This document shows positions 23,301 to 34,467 of a DNA stretch of 64,000 nucleotides, one piece after another. The notes beneath the pieces are model-generated. The model saw only the letters and a program-made list of their open reading frames with translations, did no database searches and was not told the origin of the DNA. The DNA comes from Sporopachydermia quercuum. Its lineage: Eukaryota. Numbering within the stretch: the first letter of the stretch is position 1; each line of letters opens with the position of its first letter. The translations under genes were made by a program, and so were the position numbers. The stretch covers positions 992,001 to 1,056,000 of the forward strand of contig BCGN01000006.1 of assembly GCA_001599295.1 (NCBI GenBank). The letters are read 5' to 3'.

Positions 23301-24391
23301 ACAACGATGGAGGATATGATAGTGATGGATCAAGTGTGATCAGCTCAGTAGGATCAAGTTTTTCGTTTGCCAGTGAAAGAACAACAACCGGAAGGGAAGC
23401 TGGAGTTAATTCCCAGTATGAAATCAAGGATCTAAGTAGAAATAACAGCAGAACTAAGCTTAGTTCTAACTATGAATATAATACCTCTGTGCATGGAAGC
23501 AATGAACCACACCATGATAACAGGCGAAAAAGTGTCTCTTCTAGTTCTGGATCGTCATTATTGAGTAGTAAAATAGTAAATAGAAGTGGAAGTGGGAATG
23601 GAAATGGAAATGGACTTAGCCGTGGACTTGGAAGCTCCAGTAAGCTGGAGAGATCACACAGTTCAGTGAATTTGAAGAACTGGAAGAAACCGAACTTCAC
23701 ATCGAGAACTATTCCTCCAGCAAGAGTGGTCCCCGATGCTGATGGGTCTAATGTTAGTATTATGTTTGGGGAAACAGATCCTGTTAAGAATAGAAGAGCA
23801 TTTTCTGGAGGACGATCGAAATTAGGAGTGAATTCCGTGGTTGCCCAGCAAGAAAAAGGGCTTCACGATGATTCTGTTGCTTCAATAATATCTATTAAAT
23901 CTCCTAACAGTTTAGCACCTAGCGAAGTGTCATCGGTGAGAAAACTCAAGGAAGCATATCAGACAGAGGGAGCAAACGATCAAAATATAGNTAAGGACTT
24001 CAAAATGGATAGCAGTAGTGATTATGGTAATGATAGTACTAAAAACGCTGATAGTAAAGGTGATGGTGCTGATGGTGATAATGATGATGATAATAATAAT
24101 AATGATAGTAATGATGGTAGTGAGAATGATAGTGATGTGCTTATTGAGGATGAGCTTACATTTAATGACTTACCAGCTAAAGCACAACACATGATTCTCA
24201 ACGAAATAATGACTAATGTATCGTCATCTTCAACTGTCATTTTCTCTACTTTGCCCGCACCACCATTAGGTACACATCTTAGTTATGAGGCATCTTTGGA
24301 TTATGTGAAAACGTTGGATTCATGGTGTGAAGGGTTACCTCCATTATTACTGATAAATTCTCAAACAATTACAGTGACAACAGCTTTATAA
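20393..24391 (+). CDS. VHC1: Vacuolar cation-chloride cotransporter (SLC12 family)
   Basis: [55 protein letters not shown] and [13 protein letters not shown]-terminus TVTTAL. Confidence 0.93.
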   Translation: MPLDSESTPLLGTPKLVVTDNNKTSNNGDSDGNLKNHRTIDPQSNAASNPNKMGTFFGVFVPTTLNVLSILMFLRFGFIIGQAGILGSLGLLLASYALDLLTTLSISAISTNGTVRGGGNYYMISRSLGPEFGGSIGIVFYVGQVLNAGLNIVGFCDPLLSSFPNLPDSPSYQILYSTLVLIVVTGICLIGTSAVSRSSVVLLAILLIATLSIPVSLMIPRTVHHPSYDLDHVGISWDNFINNLFPNFTKHAAGSQISKRESFRNLFGILFPATAGIFAGASMSGDLKNPSRSIPQGTLNGLLVTFICYFLVIVFMGAGIPREILYIDVQVIQNVSFSRALILAGEFSTSLFSAIMGIVGAAKLLQAIARDNILPGLTVFSKGTKKSDDSVESILFSYLLTQVTIFFNINKIATFITMAFLLTFFVTNLACFLLKISSAPNFRPSFAYFNWQTAFTAGVGCIFAMFVVDISVTCLMTIITIGLFVFIHYVCPPKQWGDVSQALIYHQVRKYLLLLKQDNVKYWRPQILLLVDNPRTAWGLLKFCNYLKKGGLYIIGHVVVVQNFQQSYSELKKQQQSWTKLRDVSGIKAFVQIAAGTDLAWGVRNVYLGSGLGGMKPNITVLGFYEMSKHNIKDGGISSGKKSYDKGKSLPTDDCKQEETVGVRKWVEIVEDLLVMRSNVAIAKGFEHLDLQRVEDMTLAETDDGKGSRHRYNRNYSSVKTEEPLVDIENALPINKDNTSSSTSINLPNYIDLYPIQMSAEVIDQGGETTTMTTNFDTYALILQLGAILHTVEKWKKSHKLRVIVFVETEEEIEQEKTRLTYLLDNLRIKAKVLVLCFQDGKFRTYNAFVKGEGKLTPRMEEILKEDSWWYELKEARRAGSSINEGTSVMTPSKVIRRASTSGWNTFSDFGRISTRNGGSNNNRNNNGNNGNSIDINANVRPGRYSYGESRGAFSLSMKAGTLPIAQMKDNDGGYDSDGSSVISSVGSSFSFASERTTTGREAGVNSQYEIKDLSRNNSRTKLSSNYEYNTSVHGSNEPHHDNRRKSVSSSSGSSLLSSKIVNRSGSGNGNGNGLSRGLGSSSKLERSHSSVNLKNWKKPNFTSRTIPPARVVPDADGSNVSIMFGETDPVKNRRAFSGGRSKLGVNSVVAQQEKGLHDDSVASIISIKSPNSLAPSEVSSVRKLKEAYQTEGANDQNIXKDFKMDSSSDYGNDSTKNADSKGDGADGDNDDDNNNNDSNDGSENDSDVLIEDELTFNDLPAKAQHMILNEIMTNVSSSSTVIFSTLPAPPLGTHLSYEASLDYVKTLDSWCEGLPPLLLINSQTITVTTAL

Positions 24392-24904
24392 GATATCAGA
24401 ATGTGGTTGCCAGTTGATTTTGGTTGAATGCAGTAGATTTTCAACAAATACTTAGGAGATATTCAGCTGAATTTAACAAACTGAATGTCGATCTATTCCA
24501 TTGATCAATAGCATAATGACGCCCAGAATACAGAGATTATGATTACTATCAATAAAATACATTTGTTACATTACATAGCAATGAACTTTTTATATTCATT
24601 GTCATAAAATACAGTCTAGACTGTTGTAATCATGGATTCTTAACTATACCAATATTAATAAAAGAAATAGTACATAGTACGATAATAGAACTAAGATAGT
24701 ACCTAAAGAATTACCAGAGAATAACCAGAGATCTCTGGTAGATCATTGAAAGATGTGATCATATGCCTGAAAGGTGAGCTCACTCTTTATGGAACGTACA
24801 GTTCCATCGCAATAGCTAATATAATAAAACCAGAAAAAAAAAATAATGATATAAGAAATATCTCGCGACAATGGTGAAATAATGAGAAAACAAAAAGTAA
24901 ATGA

Positions 24905-24985
24905 CGACACCAGCAGGACTCGAACCTGCGCGGGAAATCCCAAAAGATTTCAAGTCTTTCGCCTTAACCGCTCGGCCATAGTGCC
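24905..24985 (-). tRNA. tRNA-Ser(UGA), intronless
   Basis: Reverse complement GGCACTATGGCCGAGCGGTTAAGGCG-AAAGA CT TGA AA TCTTT-TGGGATTTCCCGC-GCAGGTTCGAGTCCTGC-TGGTGTCG; long variable arm, G discriminator, and a T5 Pol III terminator at 24892-24896. Confidence 0.96.
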
Positions 24986-25288
24986 TTCTATTCTAGAAAA
25001 ATATTCTAAAACTATATAATGAGCAAATTGCAAGATAAGGCCCTGCTGCATAATCGTTGATATTAAATAGGGAATAGGTATTATAATAGTTCTACTATTT
25101 TGAACATGTTTGGTATTATTTATATTATTGAGTGTTTTTCAGATAATTGAAAGTTCGCTATTAGCTTCGGTGCTATAACTATACGTTAAAGTTATTCGGT
25201 TGGTAATAATTAGTTGATGATTCTAACTCGTTGTACTGGAACAGGATATTCTAGTGTTATAAATCTAAGTAGACAAAAGCTTCAGATC

Positions 25289-26413
25289 ATGTCAATTGCC
25301 AGGATAACTCGAGCAACGGCGAGAAAAAGATTCTTTCAAGGAGATTCTAGTGAGAGGAAAGCAGAAATTAATAATACTTCTGAATCTCTTGTTGATTTGG
25401 ATGTGAAGGGTGATGGAGTGTCAATAATTGCTGCTACTACTAGTACAACTGGTGTTACGATTACAAATAATGGTGATGACAAGAACAGCAAAAAGAAGAG
25501 GAGAACCGCAGGAGGGAAAAACATGAGAAGGAAGTCGAAAATAGTAATAAAAGAAGTGGAATCGAACGGTGAACTGGATCATATTCTCTCCGATAAATTT
25601 GAGAAGTTATATGCACCGGAGTTTGTTACTGGTCTGAAATATGTTATAAACAAAGATCCAACGCTTATTCCAAATGCTAATAAGCTTACAACGACACAGT
25701 TTACTAAAGAATATATCGATACACCAGGGAACCATTATAATGGAGATAGTAGTTTTTACTTTGAAAAACTATGTACTGGTATAATTTCACAACAAGTAAG
25801 TATAGCTGCCGCTAGATCTATCAAGAACAAGTTCGTGGGCCTTTTTGATTTGCCCACGGGTTTTCCTACTCCGAAGATGGTACTTGATACAAGTAATGAA
25901 GAATTGAGAACGGCGGGATTATCAGCCAGAAAGGCAGAATATGTGAAATCTCTGGCATCGGCATTTGAAGATGGAAGTTTAAATCATGATCTGTTTTCTA
26001 AAGAATCCAATGAAGTAATTGAAAGAGAGCTTGTGAAAGTGAAAGGTCTAGGTATATGGTCTTCTGATATGTTCCTAGTCTTTTGTTTGAGAAGATTNGA
26101 TATTTTTGCACCTGGAGATTTAGGAATTGCTCGTGGGATGTCGATTTATGTTTCTACGAGGCCGCATTTACTTCAAGCTGCAAAGGAGTATGAGAAGAAA
26201 AGGCTCGAGGAAGAGGCACTGAATCCTACTGGAAAGAAAATGAAGTCAAAGTCGTTGTCTCCTATCAAAAAAAATAACAGGAAATGGACACCTATTGATG
26301 CNACACTTATGGAGCATATTGCTGATGGATTTTCTCCATACAGGTCAATATTCATGTTTTTAATGTGGAATATTGCTTCAACAGGTTTAGAAGTGTTAGA
26401 AGGAAAAGCATAA
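25289..26413 (+). CDS. MAG1: 3-methyladenine DNA glycosylase (HhH-GPD)
   Basis: IISQQVSIAAARSIK, LRTAGLSARKAEY, HhH motif VKGLGIWS, DLGI and FSPYRS. The start is uncertain, with alternative in-frame ATGs near 25217. Confidence 0.9.
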   Translation: MSIARITRATARKRFFQGDSSERKAEINNTSESLVDLDVKGDGVSIIAATTSTTGVTITNNGDDKNSKKKRRTAGGKNMRRKSKIVIKEVESNGELDHILSDKFEKLYAPEFVTGLKYVINKDPTLIPNANKLTTTQFTKEYIDTPGNHYNGDSSFYFEKLCTGIISQQVSIAAARSIKNKFVGLFDLPTGFPTPKMVLDTSNEELRTAGLSARKAEYVKSLASAFEDGSLNHDLFSKESNEVIERELVKVKGLGIWSSDMFLVFCLRRXDIFAPGDLGIARGMSIYVSTRPHLLQAAKEYEKKRLEEEALNPTGKKMKSKSLSPIKKNNRKWTPIDXTLMEHIADGFSPYRSIFMFLMWNIASTGLEVLEGKA

Positions 26414-26980
26414 TGGATGCAGTTGGGTAAAGACTATAAGGTTAACTTGGTATCAGCTGTTTATGGTTATCTAGAATTGTATTTAGACCACTTCGAGGCC
26501 TAACCAACTTTCAATTAACCTTTCTATAATAGTTACGATAGTAATAGTACTTCCATTTATCCATACTTTTCATTTCTCATTCCTCGTTACCCCGGACTTT
26601 GACCCACATATCAGACCCTCATTTCTCCTTTCTCCCATTGAAGACCCTCNTTGTATAATCCAAAAAGTNTCTCATCACTTGTCATCAATTGTAGATTACG
26701 TAATCTAAAATAGTACATNGTAGTCTTCAGATTTATCCACTCAACAGGGTAACCTTTTAGTTCAGAGCCAATCATCCACTGGGATTTTTCTTATTGTAAT
26801 AAGCGAAACGCTTAACATTTGATGTAACAGATAGTAAACAGAGGTAGGATGAGGATGTATCATCACCAATATTACGATACNACGATACAAAAATATAAAA
26901 TAAAGCATTGATTCTGTTATTAGTTGCGATCACNAACCTGAACAGATTACAGAACATTTATTTGACGATAATACAGCAAG

Positions 26981-27668
26981 ATGTCTGTCTCATTATGGCG
27001 TACAGTGAGAAATGCCTATAAGTCAGGTCTTAAAAGATACGCATGGCAAATTGCATCTTTAGGTGATGCTAAAGCTGGAAGGTAAGCAATGATGATATTT
27101 AATTGAGAAACTAGGGAGAATCCGCTTGTATGGGCGTAGAATTGGACACTAACAGACTTTCTAGACTTGTTGGAACCGATGTAAGTTGAACTCCTGAGGT
27201 AGTAGCGTAGATAGTGAGAAAGCTGACTCTGTGATGAGTATAGCATGAATAAACGTAATAAGATTTGTTTTCAGCAGTTCAGCATTTGGAAATAAGCAGC
27301 ACAGGACAATGTATTTATATTCATGTGGTGAAACAGCAAGATACTAACGAAAAAATATTCAGGATTACGGCAATAAATTCTATGAAACCGACGATCCGGT
27401 TGAAATCCATTTGAGAACACGTTGGGTTGAATATCAAACTTGGGGATGGGACATTTCACAAGTTGAGCCAGGTTGGCATTATTGGTTAGGATATGGTACA
27501 AACACACCACCTAACCAGTTGAAACCTGAAGAAAAGTCTGTGAGAGCTTATCCTACACCTGCAGTTCACGACGTGAATTACACTGGTACCAGAGGTGCTT
27601 ACAAACCATATAACACAGCTCGGCCGAAGTTTTCTTCTTGGACTCCGGAAGTGAAAGAGAGAGTTTGA
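26981..27668 (+). CDS. Mitochondrial complex I accessory subunit NDUFA12/B17.2 (N7BM), 140 aa; exons 26981-27081, 27165-27180 and 27363-27668
   Basis: The spliced product MSVSLWRTVRNAYKSGLKRYAWQIASLGDAKAGRLVGTDDYGNKFYE...RTRWVEY...VEPGWHYWL...TGTRGAYKPYNT..SWTP matches the NDUFA12 pattern. Introns are GTAAGC..CACTAAC..TAG and GTAAGT..TACTAAC..CAG. Confidence 0.92.
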
Positions 27669-28685
27669 TTAGGAGAATATTATCAGAAAGAAGGAATTAT
27701 GGGGGAAAAGAAGTATGGAAAGAGTTTAGCATATAGATGTTTCGGAGATGTTTGTCTATGGGAGATTTGTAGTGGAACGCATTTGAGTAACAATGAAAGT
27801 AGTTGTGCCTGCTTGTTTACTTGTTGGTTCTAACTACATGTCTATTTACGTTTTTGGTTTTAGTTTCAGCATTTAGGTCAACTACCAGTATTGAACCAAT
27901 ATTTTCACTGATTTACACTATTTTACAATGTCGAGCTATCATTTAGGTTCGTAATTGTCTGAACATGATACAACGGATAGAATGGTCGTGTGTTCTTGAA
28001 TATTTTCACTTGCATCTCTGGGAATTACTATGACTATATTAAGAAGTCTACTTCATGGTTCATTAAGATGGGGTAATTTTATATTGTTTATGCTATGATA
28101 TTGTGTGTATTTGTTCATAAATGTATGGTGTTTTGTATTTTAGAAGAAGGATGAGTATGCTATGTTTGTATGTAGTTTGATGATGAAAGTCAGAATGCCG
28201 AACAAACTATATATGCAACTGTATGGTGATATACTCCATGTGGATTCCAAGGTGAAATTCTGGTAATGGTGCTGAATCCTTTGACATGTTTATTAGTAAG
28301 AAGAAAAGTCTGTTAAAAAGCAAGTTGTGCATATTACTGGTTCACATTATGCAGCCATTCAGTAGAGTCCTGACGAGAATTTACATTATTCATGATTATT
28401 TGTTTTATTCTGAATAAATAAAACATTATAATTGCATTTTGAAATACATTACACATATATACAATTGAGAGATGAATATACTGTATAAACTCTATCATTA
28501 CTGCTCTCACAGATCACCAGCAATATCTACCAGCCAAAAACTAGGTCATCATATCATTTATGTACAAAAGAAATATAAAATAAAAGAGAATTTAGTCATA
28601 ACGATATATAAAAACCATTGTGACAAAAATATTCACCAAATGGTCTCAATTTGACCATATTTCTTCGTCTTTTTTTTTTTCTTAA

Positions 28686-29813
28686 CTATTCGAATGCAAA
28701 TGTTGCAGCAACGATCAAAGGAAGTACAAGTGTGACATCAGAATAAACCTTTACAGACTTGGCATCGGATTTGATCTTACCCCATGAAACAGCTTCATCA
28801 GGTCTCGCGCCTGAATCACTACCATCAAATTCTTGACCAGTGTTAATATATACAGCGTAGTCGGCACCATTTCTCATTAAACAAGCATTGGCAATATGAT
28901 GCTTGATGATACCACCACCTAAGATAAGCATACCAGCTTGGAAAGCATTCAATGACATTGAGTTGATTTTACGAATGTCAGCAACAATATCAACTCTCAA
29001 TTGCTTTGGTGATGATTTGAAAGTATGGAAGAAAAGCATGTCACCAATAGAGCCATCAGTTAAAGCAGGGCAGAAAATAGGAATATCATTCTTATATGCC
29101 CAATATAGAACAGACTCTTCATTATCGATTTCTTTACCTATTCTTCTGATAAACTTGGATGGTGTCCACCAACCCTCCGATTGAGGACCGTAGTCTTCCC
29201 CTTCAGACTTAATAGCTTCCTCTTGTTCCTCTAACATCTTATCAAGAATAGGTACCATCCACTCTTCAAATTTACAGTAATTCTCATTAGGGACAAGCAA
29301 ATTACCAATTCTATTCATACCTTCTTCCCGAAGTTTAGCACCAGGCAAGCTGAATTCTCCCATATACGTTGGAGCTAAACATTTGATGATATCTTCTTCA
29401 ATGCCTCCCCCAGTTGTAACAATAGCACTAACCATTTTATTCTTAACGAGAAACTTCAAAGAATTCCTCACTCCGGAGGAAATTAAATTTGAAGTATAAC
29501 CTAGGAAAATAGTGGCTTTTTGGACTCCGTTTTCATCAAATTCTCCATTTCTTTCATGTTCTTCTAAATCATCTCTATGTTTACCTCTCCAACTTCTCAT
29601 ATCGTTGATTATATCACAAGCTTTGCCTAAATTTGATGCTTGAAAGCCCATAATTTTCATGCTTTCCACTAAATCTTTCGCTCGCATGTTTCTGCTATTG
29701 GGATTTTCATAATTGATACCATCGACTTTAACAGCATCTTCAGGCACTGGCAGTGAAGCTTTCAGAACAGCATCTGCTGATAAATCTGGTAAGTAATCCT
29801 TTTGTCCTGACAT
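28686..29813 (-). CDS. DYS1: Deoxyhypusine synthase
   Basis: [34 protein letters not shown] and [20 protein letters not shown] at 29813. Confidence 0.97.
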   Translation of the reverse strand: MSGQKDYLPDLSADAVLKASLPVPEDAVKVDGINYENPNSRNMRAKDLVESMKIMGFQASNLGKACDIINDMRSWRGKHRDDLEEHERNGEFDENGVQKATIFLGYTSNLISSGVRNSLKFLVKNKMVSAIVTTGGGIEEDIIKCLAPTYMGEFSLPGAKLREEGMNRIGNLLVPNENYCKFEEWMVPILDKMLEEQEEAIKSEGEDYGPQSEGWWTPSKFIRRIGKEIDNEESVLYWAYKNDIPIFCPALTDGSIGDMLFFHTFKSSPKQLRVDIVADIRKINSMSLNAFQAGMLILGGGIIKHHIANACLMRNGADYAVYINTGQEFDGSDSGARPDEAVSWGKIKSDAKSVKVYSDVTLVLPLIVAATFAFE

Positions 29814-30775
29814 CTTCACTATGCTTAATTAATACTGCTGGCTTATCTTTATGATTTAGTCTCCAATTCTTAGAGGAAAAATTAAATCCTAACCGGATAC
29901 ATGTATTCTGGCTTTAAATAGGTAAATTTTTATACTTATTAAAGCAGTAACTACTATTTCTTCAGCTATATTCCTTATCTATCAATATCACAAGCATATA
30001 ATAAGTTATCAGTTACTAAGTAAATAATTGATCCACAATATTTCAGTTTGTGTGTAAGAAGGAGCACTATAAAACTTTCATATGAAGAAAACTTTTTATT
30101 GGGAAGAACAATGAGCCTAAATGGGTAAAAGGCGGTTATATGGAAGATATGCAATGATATGCAACGAGAATGCAGGTATTTTGTGGTGTTTGTATATGTC
30201 AGAGAGCAAAGGGAAAAAGTAGGAGAATGCGTTTTATTGGTATGTTTAGTAGTATCTTGGTACGTAGAGAACAATGAGACCACAATGAGAGTTTGCTGCG
30301 AAAAGAATATCTGACTAGATGTCTGAAAATGGAGTGCCTTCTTAGAATTTATTCTCTAGGAGATGCTTGAATAGCAGCTAGCTCGGGCTCCCTAACTAAG
30401 AGGGTTAATTGGAGAATTATGCAGCTAACTTGGGCACATATATTGCAGGGATAAATCATAAGCTATTATTCTACCTAAATAGCATGAATCAATTCCCTTC
30501 TTTTTTCCTTTTGATTTGCTACCTCTCAACACTGTTACAGCGAAAGCACTTAGTTTTCTACTAACTATTATGGCTACTATATTACGGCATAGATTGCAGA
30601 GTATGCATCCATACGCATCTGTATGCAATCAACTATTTACAAAACGTACTCACATGTACACGATAATCCTTACTGAATTCTTCAATGCTACTGGTACAAT
30701 TGATAAAAGATTAAAAGATATACTATAATACATGATACTACATACAGCTGATATCTCAGATCCACAGATAAATCA

Positions 30776-32251
30776 TCAAATTCTCGTAAATTTGATGACG
30801 GTCCTATTNCCAGCAGGATGTGTTGTATACTTGTCAACTGGTTGCATTTCAGCCCCATAATCAATTCCAGTAACAAGATCTGTCTGGTATCTTGAGTAAA
30901 TAGCAGCAGTTAGTAATTTCATCTCCTCAGTTGCCAAATGAACACCAAGACACATTCTGACTCCAGCTCCAAAAGGGATCATGTGCTTGTTCATAAGTTT
31001 AAGTTGATCTGGTGTTGCTTCAAGCCATCTGTCAGGATTAAACTTCTCTGGTTCAGGAAATGCTACTGGATTCTTATGTAAAGTGTATGGCTGCATCGAG
31101 ATAAGAGTTCCCCCTGGGATGAGAAATTGTGAGACTTGTTTTGATCCTCTCCAAACAAGTCCTTTTGGAGGTACAACTCTTGGCTCAGACCCTGGAATTG
31201 CTGCATATACTCTCAATATTTCATTGAGAACACTATCAAGGTAAGNCAAGGTATCAACGTCTTTGTAGGCAGGAGCAACAGAAAAATCATTAGCTTCAGG
31301 TTTACCATATTTCTCCAATAGTTCATTTCTCAACTTTTCTTGAACATCTTTCCTTGTTGAGAGAACATAGGTTAGGTATGCCATAGTAATACCAGTTGTT
31401 TGATGCCCAGCAGCTATATGATCACCCATTTCAGCAGCAGCATTATCTCCTTTAATTCCATTATCTCTGAGGATTTGAACGATCGAACCAGGTTCAAATT
31501 TAGATGAATAATATCCGTCTTTAATAAACTGCTGTGCTTTAGCTGATTCAATGATAGTTTCATTATCTTTAGCATACGAGCTCCATTCTGGCATCCAAGT
31601 AGTGAAGAACCACATGGCAGTTTGAATCCTGAAAGAGTCAATCAATCTTCTCTGCTTGGGATCCTCCAACATTCTAGAAGCAGATGATTCTCCAAATGAA
31701 TATCTAGTGACGACATCCATTGCCATTGCTTGGAATATATCATAAACATCAAGAGGTTCATTCTTTCTTTCTGAGTCATCTAAATGTCTTACTGTAAGGG
31801 CAACTTTGTCTTTAACCATTTTCTCATTTTCAGGTGCTGAAACAGAGGATTTGGAATAATGCTTTGACAAGATCTTTCTTCTTTTGCTGTGGGCATCTTT
31901 CTTCAAAGATGCAAATGTGTTGATTTGACCAAACATACCAAACTGACCATAAAACTGTGCTTTATCGAAATTTCCAATGTAAATGTCTTTCAAATAAGTA
32001 TGATCAGATATTGATATTTCACTTGGTCCAATACGGACAATAGTACCATACTTTGCATGCAAGTAGTCAATTAGTTCGTTTCTTTGTTCAGACCACGTTT
32101 TGTATAAAATATAATATTTTGATAATGCTGCAAGTTTAGGTCCAGGGACTTTTGCTAAAGGATGAAAGTATAAAGGATAAATGATGAACTGATAAACAAT
32201 AGCTCCTGCTATTGCCAGTACAGCAAGAATTTGAATTGGTGTCAAGCTCAT
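30776..32251 (-). CDS. Cytochrome P450 monooxygenase (family not assigned)
   Basis: N-terminal membrane anchor plus HPLAKVPGP, ExxR (EILR), PEKFNPDRW and heme motif PFGAGVRMCLG. Confidence 0.93.
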   Translation of the reverse strand: MSLTPIQILAVLAIAGAIVYQFIIYPLYFHPLAKVPGPKLAALSKYYILYKTWSEQRNELIDYLHAKYGTIVRIGPSEISISDHTYLKDIYIGNFDKAQFYGQFGMFGQINTFASLKKDAHSKRRKILSKHYSKSSVSAPENEKMVKDKVALTVRHLDDSERKNEPLDVYDIFQAMAMDVVTRYSFGESSASRMLEDPKQRRLIDSFRIQTAMWFFTTWMPEWSSYAKDNETIIESAKAQQFIKDGYYSSKFEPGSIVQILRDNGIKGDNAAAEMGDHIAAGHQTTGITMAYLTYVLSTRKDVQEKLRNELLEKYGKPEANDFSVAPAYKDVDTLXYLDSVLNEILRVYAAIPGSEPRVVPPKGLVWRGSKQVSQFLIPGGTLISMQPYTLHKNPVAFPEPEKFNPDRWLEATPDQLKLMNKHMIPFGAGVRMCLGVHLATEEMKLLTAAIYSRYQTDLVTGIDYGAEMQPVDKYTTHPAXNRTVIKFTRI

Positions 32252-34076
32252 GTTGATAGTTCTGAATATAATACTTTCACTTTCCCGTTTTCTAATAATT
32301 ATTATTGGACGCTATGTTCAATTATGCTGTATATCTTGCTTCATTATAGTTAAGCACCAGTCAGATAATCCTTGCAATTTCGGTCAGAAGACTTAGGAAA
32401 ACAGTAGTTTATATAAAGCTCCAGTTATTTCCGCTTTGTATCTACATTCTATATTTTATATTAATAAAATCAAATCAGATCATATTTTCTTCAATTCCGC
32501 TGTGTAAAAGCAAATTAAGAGCGAAACAATACGTTCATATTCTACTCATACAAGAGGAATCAGGTATATCGAAAGTCATCATTTATACATGCGCTCATAC
32601 TAAACACAACTTATCTCCCTTTCTTTCTTCTATTACTGCTGAAAAGACAATTTGCTACTGATAATGTCTCTGATAGGAAACGAATGGTCAGTTAGGTATT
32701 TAATTCCTTCTATTACTTCTAATGAATTATCCATTCGAATTGGTTATTTTCTTTCTCTCGCTGATTGTTACTTTCGATAGGCGATTAGCTTAGAGTTGAG
32801 GCTAAAGCGCAATTAAATTACAGATTAGGAAGTACGACTCGTAAATTAAGGTTGTGTTTCATGCATGAATATGTAAGGTACCAAAGTATAGTAAGGAAGA
32901 ATAGTGAAGAGATAATTGGTTTATAGGGTAGATTTGAATCAATGACAGAGAATCAGAATCAGATTATAACTGGATTATAACTGGATAACATAAATCCAAT
33001 TAATTAGATATAAGTTTGGGTTGATTGAAGGAAATGAAAATTGTCGTTTTGAATTGCTGGCTTTGTAGTTTATAGAAAAAGATGTGCGCTATCAGCCATA
33101 AGACATAGGTGTCCTTGAGTCATTTCGTTCGTGTAGTTTCAATTGGGCAAATATATTTTTCTATTTTATTTCAGAGTTCCCTTTTCTTTATTCAGTCAAA
33201 GAGGTTTGAACAGTATAATAGAGATAATAATGCCAGGCATCAGCCTGGCTTTACCCTAGCTGTTTCCTCCTTCCACCTCAAAATCAACCTTCCTTCTGCT
33301 TTTGCTTTCCCCTGATGAGTTATAATGAGCTTATATTACCTCTTTTGATTCATTCCATGTTATTCCATGTTCATTCGATACTTGACAGATCCACCAGAAT
33401 ATTCCTCCAATTCCTATTCTACATCATTTATTATCGATAATGCTCCCTATACTTATTAGAATAAACAGTCAAATTAAATCATTTGAGTACCATTTTAGTA
33501 CGTCGGGGTTGGTTGTCTGATCTGGCGAAACGAACAGATAAATCTTCCTCATTAGGAAGGTAAATTGTTATCTTGCAGGATATATATGCATGATAATACA
33601 TATCGGGGAAGCATTTCTCACCCATTTGGGAAATAGTAAAATGGAGTTGGAGAAGAAATTGATACTACTTTATAGGTACTGAACTTATGTATAATATATT
33701 CTAATAATAATGAAACCATTTTTAGATGGTTAAACGACTGCAAAGGAATAAGGACATTTAAAAAAGTATGATAATCCAACCATTTATCAAATGGTCTTAG
33801 ACCACCCAGAGCATAACTCAAATGGATTTCATATTAATATCAATTCGATCAGCACAAATTGCGGCTCTACTACTTCAAAGTTTATATTCTACTATAATAT
33901 AACCCTAGAATCTCAATTGAACTCAAACCTTGCACTTTACCAAAACTCATTGAGAACTCCATGAAGGATAAAACTACTTTCCTTTTTCAAACCGCTTCCC
34001 CACCTTGGACCATTCATCCCGGAAATAATTATCCCCANATTNACATAATCTCCGAACTATCTACAAACTAACGTGA

Positions 34077-34248
34077 CTTATCATTTCCTAATTTGTTCCA
34101 ATCAGCCTCCTATTCATACTTTGAGTATCTGTAACCTGCCAGATAAGCTCTCGAGACCTTTCTTTTTCCATCTCTCTTTTATTCTTCTATTTATATATTT
34201 AATGTTATAATATTTAGGTATCAATAGATCGATTGTTCTAATGATAAG
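34077..34248. promoter_or_regulatory. GATA (NCR) sites upstream of APE1
   Basis: CTTATC at 34077 and GATAAG at 34142 and 34243. APE1 is NCR-regulated in S. cerevisiae. Confidence 0.5.
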
Positions 34249-34467
34249 ATAGAAGCAATTGAAACTTGGGATTCACGGAATCTACTTAGGACGTTGAAAT
34301 ATATGTATCTCTGATCATCTTTCTGTCTGATATCATCTATCGTGTAAACTGGATACAAGTGTATATAATACACATTATAGCAAGAATAGATAATGCACCT
34401 TAGGAGACAACTTCCTAGGTTAGTTATTGATAAAAGAAACAGTTCAACAGCAGTTAAGGAAGAGAAA

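Noticed and set aside
30125..30133. U5 snRNA loop I motif GCCTTTTAC on the minus strand
   Set aside because: The flanks cannot form the U5 stem; it is a 9-mer coincidence.
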